Assembly (NCBI GenBank): GCA_030549895.1
Contig: JAUQQM010000001.1
Span: forward strand, 44,091 to 108,090
Direction of reading: 5' to 3'
Length of the DNA: 64,000 nucleotides
Source: Patescibacteria group bacterium
GTDB taxonomy: Bacteria > Patescibacteriota > Minisyncoccia > UBA6257 > HR35
The translations under genes and the position numbers were made by a program. Position 1 is the stretch's first letter, and each line of letters begins with the position of its first letter. Below the pieces are notes generated by a model, which ran no database searches, had not been told where the DNA came from, and worked only from the letters and a program-made list of their open reading frames with translations. Shown here piece after piece: positions 1 to 8,356 of this stretch.

Positions 1-82
1 TATGAAAAACTTAATTAATTTTTGGATCTTTATGATCTCTAAATGATTCATTAATATAAAAAAATTTAGGTATTTTTTATAA

Positions 83-386
83 TGTTCCTCGAGAAACATT
101 TTAAGGTATTTTCTAGAATGTTTCTCAAGAAACATTTATGGAAAATTTAATTAATTTCGTATATTTTAAGATATTTAGAAAGTATTTTAAAAAAACAGGA
201 TTATTTTTATAGTGTTCCTCGAGGAACATTTTTAGAGGAAATGTTCCTCGAGGAACATTTTTAAGAGGTAGTGTTTCTCGAGAAACACTTAGGTACTTGT
301 AGTGATGTTTCTCGAGGAACATCGGAGTATAGGCCGAATGTTTCTTGGGAAACACTTAAATACGGTGTGGTGTTTCTCAAGAAACA
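83..386. repeat. Tandem array of 8 copies of a 16-bp palindrome TGTTYCTCGAGRAACA. Cores start at 83, 119, 214, 243, 273, 306, 339 and 371; the last five are spaced 29-33 bp apart. It resembles parS (TGTTTCACGTGAAACA).
   Basis: Read directly. The extended copies are aATGTTYCTCGAGRAACAtt; centres are degenerate in copies 2, 7 and 8 (tcAaga, tTGgga). Confidence 0.85.
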
Positions 387-387
387 T

Positions 388-416
388 TGACAAAGATGAA
401 TTTTTGTGGTATAATA
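388..416 (+). promoter_or_regulatory. Near-consensus sigma70-type promoter: TTGACA, 17 bp, TATAAT. It sits immediately 3' of the last palindrome.
   Basis: ttgaca 388-393, 17-nt spacer, tataat 411-416. It points into the antisense of the downstream minus-strand gene. Confidence 0.5.
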
Positions 417-418
417 TG

Positions 419-1702
419 TTAATAACTTTTTGAGGTCTCTAATAAAACTCTTAAAGTATGAAAAATAATAATCAAATCTAAAAAGAGATTTTGATTTTTT
501 ATGTAAAAAAGATCATATTCTAGTTTTTTCTTTGTCCATTCTACTGATGGATATTTCCCTATATTTATTTGAGCCCAGCCGGTTAAGCCAGGTTTAACTA
601 AATGTCTTAAGGAATAATACGGTATTTTTTCTTTAAGTTCAGAGACGATTTTTACTTGCTCTGGTCTTGGGCCAACTAATGTTAAATCTCCTTTTAAAAT
701 ATTTATAGCTTGGGGGAGTTCATCAAGATGAAATTTTCTTAAAAATTTACCAAAAGGAAAGATAAGCCCCTCATCTTTTCCTATCCAAACATCCTTTTTT
801 TCTTGATGTAATGTTCTAAATTTTATAATTTCTATCTCTTTTTCACTCTTACCAACTCTTTTTTGTTTGAAAAATATTGGCCCTGGGCTAGAAAGTTTAA
901 TTCCTAAAGCAATAAAAGGAAAAGTTAAAATAAAAATAATCATCAATATAAAGCCAAAAATTAAATCTATTAGTCTTTTGAAAAAGTTATAAATCAATCT
1001 ATCTTTATTTGCTATATTCAAAATATCGATTTTTGAAAGATATTCTATTGGTAAAAACTCAAAAACATTCTCATAGAAATCTTTAATTGTTTTTACTTTT
1101 GTAATTTCTTCTTGATAGTTCTTTTCATCTATTATTTTTCTAACATCAAAATTTGGAGGGATAACAATAATTTTTGGTTCAGGAATTTCAGAAGCTTTTC
1201 CAAAAGACTTTATAAAAAAAACATTAAAACCAAGGTGCAAATTACGCTGAAGATCTTTTAAAAGTCTTTCAAAAATTTTCCTTTGCCCTAAAAGTAAAAG
1301 GTTTATCTTGGGTCTTTTAAAATAAAAGTAATTAGCAAATTTTCTTTTAAAGAAGGTATCAAAAATTAAAAAAAGGATCCAAAAAATTAAAAGATTTTTT
1401 TTTGGACTTATTTTACCCCCAAAAAGGTAAAAATAAATAAAAGAAAAAATAAAGGTTGTGATTATCGAGGTAAAGTTTTTTTTAAAAAATTCTTTTGCGC
1501 TTAGACTTTTATCTATTCTGTAAGATCTTATAAGGGTGCTAGTTAAGATGAAGAAAACAAAAATAGGTAAAAAATAATTAAAATGAATCTTAAACTGCTC
1601 TATATTGCCTTTAAACCTTAAAAATACAACTAAAAACAAAGAGAAAAAAAGTAAAAATATATCTCCTAAAATAAGAAAGAGTCTGTAAATTTTAAAATTC
1701 AT
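419..1702 (-). CDS. Polyprenyl-phosphate glycosyl-1-phosphate transferase (bacterial sugar transferase, WbaP/CpsE-like). Initiating enzyme for EPS/O-antigen synthesis.
   Basis: C-terminal domain KFRTL...DELPQ..NILKGDLTLVGPRPE is typical of the bacterial sugar transferase family. N-terminal TM helices. Confidence 0.8.
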   Translation of the reverse strand: MNFKIYRLFLILGDIFLLFFSLFLVVFLRFKGNIEQFKIHFNYFLPIFVFFILTSTLIRSYRIDKSLSAKEFFKKNFTSIITTFIFSFIYFYLFGGKISPKKNLLIFWILFLIFDTFFKRKFANYFYFKRPKINLLLLGQRKIFERLLKDLQRNLHLGFNVFFIKSFGKASEIPEPKIIVIPPNFDVRKIIDEKNYQEEITKVKTIKDFYENVFEFLPIEYLSKIDILNIANKDRLIYNFFKRLIDLIFGFILMIIFILTFPFIALGIKLSSPGPIFFKQKRVGKSEKEIEIIKFRTLHQEKKDVWIGKDEGLIFPFGKFLRKFHLDELPQAINILKGDLTLVGPRPEQVKIVSELKEKIPYYSLRHLVKPGLTGWAQINIGKYPSVEWTKKKLEYDLFYIKNQNLFLDLIIIFHTLRVLLETSKSY

Positions 1703-4101
1703 TATTCAATAACAAAATTTAAAAGCTTGTCCTGAATAAAGATAACTTTTTTGATATGAGCGTTAGAAATAATTTTTGAAATTTTATGATTCTCTTTTAC
1801 TTGAGCTAAAACTTCTTCTTGACTTTTACCTTTTGGAAGTGTCAATTTTAGTTTTAACTTCCCGTTAATTTGAATAAGATAGGTAACTTGATCTTCTTTA
1901 AGAAATTTTTTTTGAGGTTTTGGCCAAGCTATTCTATCTAAAAATGTCTTTTTACCTAAAATTTCCCAGCATTCTTGAGCAAGATGAGGAGCAAAAGGAA
2001 AGAGTAATTTTGCTAAGGTTTCAAGATATTTTTTATGAAATACTTGACCAAGAGAAAGTCTTCTTGTAAGTTCTCTTTGATATTCCATTAAAGCACTGAT
2101 AGCAGTATTGAATTTAAATTTTTCAATGTCATTTGTGACTTTAAAAATTATTTTACTTTCAAGTTTTTCTAATTCTTCTGGTTTTGCCTTTGATTTGTTT
2201 TTTAACTTTGTATAATCTTTAAAAAGACTATAAACCCTTCCTAAAAATCTATAAATTCCATTAATACCTTCATAAGACCAGGCTTTAGTTGCTTCTAAAG
2301 GACCCATAAACATCTCGTAAACTCTTAAAGTATCAACACTATATTTTTTAACAACATCTTCAGGATTAACAATATTTCCTCTTGATTTTGACATTTTCTC
2401 ATTATCAGGACCAAGAATAATACCTTGATTGATAAGCTTTTGAAATGGTTCTTTAGTTGGCACTAATTTAAGATCATATAAAACTTTATGCCAAAATCTT
2501 GCATAAAGAAGATGTAAGACAGCATGCTCGGCTCCACCAATGTAATAGTCAACTGGAAGCCAGAATTTTTGAAGTTTAAAATCAGCAAAAGTTCTTTTAT
2601 TTTTAGGATCAATATATCTTAAATAATACCAACAAGAACCAGCCCATTGAGGCATAGTATTTGTTTCTCTTTTTGCTTTCGAGCCGCATTTAGGACATTT
2701 AACTTCAACCCAATTTTTTATTTTAGCTAAAGGAGACTCACCAGTGCCTGTTGGCTCATAATATTTAACTTTAGGAAGTTTTAAGGGTAAATCTTTTTCA
2801 GGAACAGGTACATTACCACAAAAAGAACATTTAATTATAGGTATAGGCTCACCCCAATATCTTTGTCTTGAAAAAATCCAATCCTTAAGTTTGTAAGTAA
2901 CTTTGATCTGGGCTATACCTTTTTCTATTAAATAATTTGTTATTTTTTCTCTTGCCTCTTTAACAGACATATAAGTAAGAAATTCAGAATCAATCATTTT
3001 TCCTTCTTGCCCTTCATAAGGAATCTGGTCTGAAGAAATAACTTTAAAAATTGGTAAAGAAAACTTTTTGGCAAATTCATAATCTCTTTGGTCATGAGCC
3101 GGGACTCCCATAATAGCTCCACTTCCATAACTGGCGATCACATAATCACTAACCCATATTGGAATTTTTGTTTTTGTTAATGGATGAATAGCATAAGCAC
3201 CTGTAAAGACGCCTGTTTTTTCTTTAGTTTCTTTAAGTTGGCCACTAAAATGGCTTTTAATGTACTTTTCTACAAAATAAAAATAATCGCTTTCTGTTAT
3301 TTTTAAAACTAATGGATTTTCTGGAGAAACAACAATAAAAGTAACACCAAAAATTGTTTCTGGTCTTGTGGTAAAAACTCTTATACAGAAATTTCTGTTT
3401 TCTATAGGAAAATCTATTTCAAGACCTTCTTTTTTACCTATCCAGTTTCTTTGCATTTCTTTTATATTCTCTGGCCAGTCAAGTTCTTCTAAGTCTTCTA
3501 AAAGTCTATCAGCATACTTGGTTATTTTAAGATGCCATTGAAGTAGATTTCTTATTTCTGTTTCGCTCCCACAACGTTCACATTTTCCTTCTATTACCTC
3601 TTCATTGGCTAGGCCAGTTTTACAATTTGGACAGAAATTTATTGGAGCTTCTTTCTCATAAGCAAGACCCATTTTGAAGAATTGTAAAAACATCCATTGA
3701 GTCCATTTATAGTATTGAGGATCTGTTGTATTTATTTCTCTGGACCAATCATAAGAAAAACCTAAAGATTTTATTTGTTTTTTAAATCTTTCAATATTTT
3801 TAGGGACAAAAGTCATTGGGTTCTTTTTAACTTTAAGAGCGTAATTTTCTGCTGGAAGACCAAAAGCATCCCAACCCATAGGATGAAGAACATTAAAACC
3901 CTTCATTCTAAAATATCTTGTAATAATGTCTCCAGCAGTATAGTTTTCTACATGGCCAACATGAAGGCCAGTACCTGAAGGATAGGGAAACATAACTAAA
4001 ACATAAACTTTTGGTTTTCTATAGTTATCTGCTCTCCAAAGAGAAGGTTTTTTAGCCCATCTATTTTGCCATTTTTTTTCTATTTTATGGAAGATAGACA
4101 T
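1702..4101 (-). CDS. leuS: Leucyl-tRNA synthetase
   Basis: P-S-G-x-G-LHVGH (HIGH motif), KMSKSRGN, editing domain. 799 aa. Confidence 0.95.
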   Translation of the reverse strand: MSIFHKIEKKWQNRWAKKPSLWRADNYRKPKVYVLVMFPYPSGTGLHVGHVENYTAGDIITRYFRMKGFNVLHPMGWDAFGLPAENYALKVKKNPMTFVPKNIERFKKQIKSLGFSYDWSREINTTDPQYYKWTQWMFLQFFKMGLAYEKEAPINFCPNCKTGLANEEVIEGKCERCGSETEIRNLLQWHLKITKYADRLLEDLEELDWPENIKEMQRNWIGKKEGLEIDFPIENRNFCIRVFTTRPETIFGVTFIVVSPENPLVLKITESDYFYFVEKYIKSHFSGQLKETKEKTGVFTGAYAIHPLTKTKIPIWVSDYVIASYGSGAIMGVPAHDQRDYEFAKKFSLPIFKVISSDQIPYEGQEGKMIDSEFLTYMSVKEAREKITNYLIEKGIAQIKVTYKLKDWIFSRQRYWGEPIPIIKCSFCGNVPVPEKDLPLKLPKVKYYEPTGTGESPLAKIKNWVEVKCPKCGSKAKRETNTMPQWAGSCWYYLRYIDPKNKRTFADFKLQKFWLPVDYYIGGAEHAVLHLLYARFWHKVLYDLKLVPTKEPFQKLINQGIILGPDNEKMSKSRGNIVNPEDVVKKYSVDTLRVYEMFMGPLEATKAWSYEGINGIYRFLGRVYSLFKDYTKLKNKSKAKPEELEKLESKIIFKVTNDIEKFKFNTAISALMEYQRELTRRLSLGQVFHKKYLETLAKLLFPFAPHLAQECWEILGKKTFLDRIAWPKPQKKFLKEDQVTYLIQINGKLKLKLTLPKGKSQEEVLAQVKENHKISKIISNAHIKKVIFIQDKLLNFVIE

Positions 4102-4141
4102 ACTTGTTAGTTTTTCTATTCTGTATTAAAATTATTATACA

Positions 4142-4600
4142 ATGAATTTTAGGCATTATTGGGCAACTTTAGATTATATTCCTGAAGATAAATCAATTTT
4201 TTGGTATTTTTTATGGGGCATTCTTTTAGGTGGTAGTCTTGTTTATGCTATTTTTACTTTTAACTTTCTTTTTGCTGTTGTCATCATTATAGGTTTTATA
4301 TTTGTTTTTCACCCAGATTTTAGAAAATTAAAATCGATAAAGGTTGAGTTAACAGACGAATACATTAAAATAGACGATAATGAATTTAAATTAAATGACT
4401 ATTATACTTTTTCAATTCATAAAATAAATGAAAGAAACTTCTTAGAACTTTATCCAAAAAGTTTTTTCAAAAAAGAAATTCATCTTCCTTTACCAGAAGA
4501 CCTTGTAGAACAAGTAAGAGAAGATCTTAAAAAGATAATGCCCGAATCAAAAGAAGAGCCAAGTCTTTTAACTTTTATTTTTAGAAATCTTTGGCGTTAA
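4142..4600 (+). CDS. Hypothetical small membrane protein
   Basis: Two predicted TM helices. No recognisable motif. Ends 1 nt before tRNA-Arg. Confidence 0.5.
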   Translation: MNFRHYWATLDYIPEDKSIFWYFLWGILLGGSLVYAIFTFNFLFAVVIIIGFIFVFHPDFRKLKSIKVELTDEYIKIDDNEFKLNDYYTFSIHKINERNFLELYPKSFFKKEIHLPLPEDLVEQVREDLKKIMPESKEEPSLLTFIFRNLWR

Positions 4601-4671
4601 GCCCCCATAGCTCAAAGGAAGAGCGTAGCCCTGCGGAGGCTAAGATCCCTGTTCGAATCAGGGTGGGGGCA
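4601..4671 (+). tRNA. tRNA-Arg, anticodon read as GCG (unusual; ACG is expected)
   Basis: Manual cloverleaf: acceptor GCCCCCA/TGGGGGC, D stem GCTC/GAGC, anticodon stem TAGCC/GGCTA, loop CTGCGGA, T arm CCCTG-TTCGAAT-CAGGG, discriminator A. This explains the ORF-track extension MALSPHSS... Confidence 0.8.
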
Positions 4672-4677
4672 CAAAAG

Positions 4678-6741
4678 ATGGAAAAAGTCTATAACCATAA
4701 AAAAGTAGAAAAAGAAGTCTTAAAAATTTGGAGGAAAGAAAATTTAGGAAATCCAGAAAAAGAAAAAGGAAAAACTTTTTGTATTATCATGCCTCCTCCA
4801 AATGCTAATGGTAGACTCCATATGGGTCATGCTTTAATGCTCTCAATTCAAGACACAATTGTAAGATATCAAAGAATGAAGGGTAAAAAAGTTCTTTGGT
4901 TACCTGGTTTTGATCATGCTGGCTTTGAAACATTAGTTGTTTTTGAAAAAGAGTTAGAAAAAAAGGGATTAAGTAGATTTGAAATACCTAAAGAGAAGCT
5001 GTATAAGGAAATACTAAAATTTGCAAATCAGAAAAAGAAAGAAATAAGAAATCAGATGAAAGAATTAGGTATAAGTTGTGCTTGGAAATATGAAAAATAT
5101 ACTTTAGATAAAGACGTTGTAAAACTTGTACTTGAGACCTTTGAAAGACTAAAAAATGATGGATTAATTGAAAAAAGTGAAAGACTTGTAAATTGGTGTC
5201 CTAAGCATAAAACTGCTTTTTCTGATTTGGAGGTAATTTTTAAAGAAAAAAATTCATTTCTTTACTACATTAAGTATGGACCTTTTGAAGTAGCCACAGT
5301 AAGACCAGAAACAATTTTAGGAGATGTTGCTTTTGCTGTAAATCCTCAAGATGAAAGATATAAAAGTTACCTAAATAAAAAAGTAGAATTTGAACATCCT
5401 CTTACAGGAGAAAAAGTATCTTTTCCTGTAGTTTTTGACAAGAGAATTGATCCTAATTTTGGAACAGGAATTATAAAAGTAACTCCTGGTCATGATTTTT
5501 TTGACTTTGAACTTGCCAAAAAATTTAACCTTCCAATTATCCACATTTTTGATGAAAATGGAAAAATAAATCTCAAAGGATCAAAATATTATGGAATGAA
5601 TATTAAGGAAGCAAGAGAAGTAATAGTTAAAGATTTAGAGTTAAAAGGTCTTTTAATTAAAAAAGAGTCTTATCTTCATTCAGTGCCTGTATGCTATAAA
5701 TGCGAAAGTGAAATAGAACCAAGACCAATGGAGCAATGGTTCTTACTTTTAAACAAAAAGTTTAGACTACCTAAAAAGTTAAAGGAATTGATTAAAAAAG
5801 ATCATGCTTCTTTAAAAGAAATTGCTCTTGCTGGAGTAAAACTTATAAAATTTGAACCACCGCGATTTAAAAAAATATTAATCAATTGGCTAAAACAAAT
5901 AAAAGATTGGAATATTTCAAGACAAGTCGTTTGGGGCATTAAAATTCCTAACTCTGAAGATGTTTTCGATACTTGGTTTTCTTCTTCTCAATGGCCAGTA
6001 GTTACTCTTAAGTCTTTTGGAAATAATGTTTTTAAAAAATATTACCCAACAGATGTGATGGAAACTGGTTATGATATCTTACAATTTTGGGTCTCAAGAA
6101 TGATTTTTATGGGCCTTTATCTTACAGGAGATATACCTTTTAAAAAAGTTATCCTGCATGGAATTGTTAGAGACGAAAGAGGACAGAAAATGTCAAAATC
6201 AAAAGGAAATGTCATTGATCCAATAGATATTGTCCAAAAATATGGAGCTGATACGTTAAGACTTGGACTTTTAATGGGAAATGAAATGGGAAAAGATGTA
6301 ATTGTCTCTGAAAATAAATTTATTGGAGCTCAAAGATTTTTAAACAAAATTTGGAATGCAACAAGATTTTTAATTTTAAAAAGAAAAGAAATAGAAAAAT
6401 TAAACAGAAAATTAAAGGAGCCAAAGAAATTTTCTCAAGAAAGTAAAAAAATTTTAAAAGATTTTGAAAAATTTAAAAAAGAAATATTGACTCTTATGGA
6501 AAAAGATAAACTATCTTTAGCTTTAGAAAAACTTTATAAGTTCTTTTGGTTTACTTTTGCAGACCAGATAATTGAAAATACTAAGAAAAAAATAGCTCAA
6601 GGCGATTTTGAGGCTTATTTTGTTTGTGAAAGGCTTTTAAAAGAAGAGTTAAAACTTCTTCATCCATTTCTGCCATTTTTAACAGAATATTTATGGAAGA
6701 AAATTGGAAATAAAACTCTTCTTGCTCAACAGGGCCTATAG
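4678..6741 (+). CDS. valS: Valyl-tRNA synthetase (compact, 688 aa)
   Basis: True start is ATG 4678 (MEKVYNHKK...). PPPNANGRLHMGHAL and KMSKSKGN motifs. The upstream part of the ORF-track entry is the tRNA-Arg. Confidence 0.85.
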   Translation: MEKVYNHKKVEKEVLKIWRKENLGNPEKEKGKTFCIIMPPPNANGRLHMGHALMLSIQDTIVRYQRMKGKKVLWLPGFDHAGFETLVVFEKELEKKGLSRFEIPKEKLYKEILKFANQKKKEIRNQMKELGISCAWKYEKYTLDKDVVKLVLETFERLKNDGLIEKSERLVNWCPKHKTAFSDLEVIFKEKNSFLYYIKYGPFEVATVRPETILGDVAFAVNPQDERYKSYLNKKVEFEHPLTGEKVSFPVVFDKRIDPNFGTGIIKVTPGHDFFDFELAKKFNLPIIHIFDENGKINLKGSKYYGMNIKEAREVIVKDLELKGLLIKKESYLHSVPVCYKCESEIEPRPMEQWFLLLNKKFRLPKKLKELIKKDHASLKEIALAGVKLIKFEPPRFKKILINWLKQIKDWNISRQVVWGIKIPNSEDVFDTWFSSSQWPVVTLKSFGNNVFKKYYPTDVMETGYDILQFWVSRMIFMGLYLTGDIPFKKVILHGIVRDERGQKMSKSKGNVIDPIDIVQKYGADTLRLGLLMGNEMGKDVIVSENKFIGAQRFLNKIWNATRFLILKRKEIEKLNRKLKEPKKFSQESKKILKDFEKFKKEILTLMEKDKLSLALEKLYKFFWFTFADQIIENTKKKIAQGDFEAYFVCERLLKEELKLLHPFLPFLTEYLWKKIGNKTLLAQQGL

Positions 6742-6803
6742 TTTAACTGGTAAAACGCTGCTTTCGCTAAGCAGAGATCGGGGTTCAAATCCCCGTAGGT
6801 CCA
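6732..6803 (+). tRNA. tRNA-Ala (anticodon CGC). G3:U70 is present. It overlaps the last 10 nt of valS.
   Basis: Acceptor GGGCCTA/TAGGTCC with a G3:U70 wobble, anticodon stem CTGCT/AGCAG, loop TTCGCTA, T arm CGGGG-TTCAAAT-CCCCG, discriminator A. Confidence 0.75.
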
Positions 6804-6808
6804 CAAAA

Positions 6809-7483
6809 TTATTTTCTGAATTTTATTTCTTCTAAAAACTTTTTCGCTAAATCTTTACCACCTAAACCAAAAGCAAGGCCTCCAGCTAAAGCAAGCATAG
6901 CTACCATCCCTCCAATTATTATCTGAATTATATTTTGAGAAACACCAAGTTCATAAAAAGCTACTAAAAATCCAAAAACTACAATTGACCAGTAAATAAA
7001 GTTATAAATGACTTCACTTGACCAATGACCAGCACTCTTTATTGTTGCTTTGCCAAGTTTGCCCAAAACTTCACCTAAAAGTAAAGAAGCAACAAAAATA
7101 ACAAGAGCAACAACTACTTTTGGAATATAAAGAAATATTTCTTTAAGAAGATCTGTTGCTGCTTTAAGTCCTAAAGCATCAAAAGCAGCTAAAAAACCAA
7201 TTAAGATAAAAACCCAATAAACAATTGTTCCTAAAAATCTACCTGAGTTAAGAACATAACCAGCTCTTTCAAGATATCTCTCAAAGTTAAGCTTTCTTAA
7301 TGCTTCATCTATTTTCAAAAACTCAACAATTTTCCTTACAACCTCACCAACAGCATAACCAATTAAAATACTAATAAGAATAAAGACTATAGCTACAATA
7401 AGTCTTGGTAAAAAACCAAAAATACTATTCCAGACATTATAAAATGACTGGGTTATTAGATAGGCATAAGTTGTCTGGTCCAT
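6809..7483 (-). CDS. Membrane protein with repeated conserved TM helices (MscS-N-terminal / TM_helix-repeat-like)
   Basis: Five hydrophobic helices with recurring ...GxxxxxLxxxxxFLAAF... pattern. Family assignment tentative. Confidence 0.45.
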   Translation of the reverse strand: MDQTTYAYLITQSFYNVWNSIFGFLPRLIVAIVFILISILIGYAVGEVVRKIVEFLKIDEALRKLNFERYLERAGYVLNSGRFLGTIVYWVFILIGFLAAFDALGLKAATDLLKEIFLYIPKVVVALVIFVASLLLGEVLGKLGKATIKSAGHWSSEVIYNFIYWSIVVFGFLVAFYELGVSQNIIQIIIGGMVAMLALAGGLAFGLGGKDLAKKFLEEIKFRK

Positions 7484-7591
7484 GAAATTTAAGTCCGTCT
7501 TACTTTATTTAAAAGTTTGACGGACCTAAAAGAAATAATTTTAAAATTATAATTTAATATTAAAGAAAAATCAACTTAGTCTTAAGTTTTT

Positions 7592-7636
7592 TGTGGATAA
7601 AAACTCTTGACAAAAATAAAGCTTTAATAATATAAT
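7592..7636 (+). promoter_or_regulatory. Perfect DnaA box (TGTGGATAA, 7592-7600) immediately upstream of a sigma70-like promoter (TTGACA 7607-7612, 18 bp, TATAAT 7631-7636)
   Basis: Read directly. Confidence 0.5.
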
Positions 7637-7718
7637 TTTATATTATGGTTTATAGTTTGTTGAAGATTCAATTTGCTACTCTAAGGGGGGCTTAGGTTTT
7701 TTTAATTTTTTTAAAAAA

Positions 7719-7746
7719 ACCTAGGCCCCTAAAAGGGGCCTTTTTT
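7719..7746 (+). terminator. Intrinsic-terminator-like hairpin (GGCCCC-taaaa-GGGGCC plus a T6 run). It is preceded by a weaker hairpin (CTAAG-ggggg-CTTAG plus T7, 7681-7703) and ends 7 nt before the 7754 start codon.
   Basis: GC-rich 6-bp stem followed by tttttt. It lies about 85 nt downstream of the predicted -10. Confidence 0.55.
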
Positions 7747-7753
7747 AATTATT

Positions 7754-8356
7754 ATGGAAGAAGTAATTCTTAAAAAAACAATAGAGGTTTTCCAAGGAGC
7801 AAATTATAAAGAAGACTTTAATATTGAAAAACTAACAGAAGAAGATAAAGAATATTTTGGTTTTATTTTAAGTAATCTTGAAAACAAAAAATTAAAATTT
7901 TTAAACTCATCAGTCCAAAATTCAGATATCATAAAAGGAATAACGCTTAACTTAGGAGTTCATACTGTTTTTCATGAATATTTAGAAAAAAAACAAGATC
8001 CTCTTGAAGACGAATTTTCTAAAGTAACTTCACTTTTTATCCTTGAAAGTTCTCAAAATTTAAAAAAAGCCCTTGAAGAAAAAGAGATTAATCCAGAGAG
8101 TTTTCTAAAAAAAATAGCTTATGGATTCTTAGGAATTGTTTTAATTAGCTCCGACTTAAGACATGAAAGAGCAAAAATTGAAAGATCTATTACTTACCAG
8201 CTTTATTATGAATCAATTATTAAAAAATCCTTGTGGGGAATAGAAGTTGATGTGAAAGGATTTTATGAGGCTTTAAAAACATATAATTCTTTTTCAACTA
8301 AAAAAATAAAAAAACTGCTTAATGATGGTGGTTATTTTGTTTTAGAAAATATATAA
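7754..8356 (+). CDS. Hypothetical protein (200 aa)
   Basis: ORF only; no motif recognised. Its 3' end overlaps the convergent 8319..9065 gene by 38 nt. Confidence 0.45.
   Translation: MEEVILKKTIEVFQGANYKEDFNIEKLTEEDKEYFGFILSNLENKKLKFLNSSVQNSDIIKGITLNLGVHTVFHEYLEKKQDPLEDEFSKVTSLFILESSQNLKKALEEKEINPESFLKKIAYGFLGIVLISSDLRHERAKIERSITYQLYYESIIKKSLWGIEVDVKGFYEALKTYNSFSTKKIKKLLNDGGYFVLENI

Noticed and set aside
125-355. 76-aa minus-strand ORF in the track
   Set aside because: It lies entirely inside the palindrome array, and its reading frame is an artefact of the repeats.
83-386. Possible CRISPR array (regular approx 33-bp periodicity)
   Set aside because: The repeats are perfect 16-18-bp palindromes separated by only about 13-17 bp of spacer. 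There are no cas genes and no 28-37-bp repeats or spacers. An operator or centromere-type array is the better reading.
3775-3978. Short antisense ORFs inside leuS, gyrB (13975..14214), the 16527..17036 gene (16594..16866), galU (34869..35267), the giant gene (50062..50262, 50145..50375) and others
   Set aside because: They are embedded in, or antisense to, well-supported long genes. The AT-rich composition generates such frames by chance.
4591-4677. N-terminal extensions MALSPHSS... (valS), MRSSVVERGP... (15268..16323) and MARTPLFQGG... (27915..28733) in the ORF track
   Set aside because: Each extension is the translation of a tRNA gene (Arg, Ile and Glu respectively). The CDSs start downstream.
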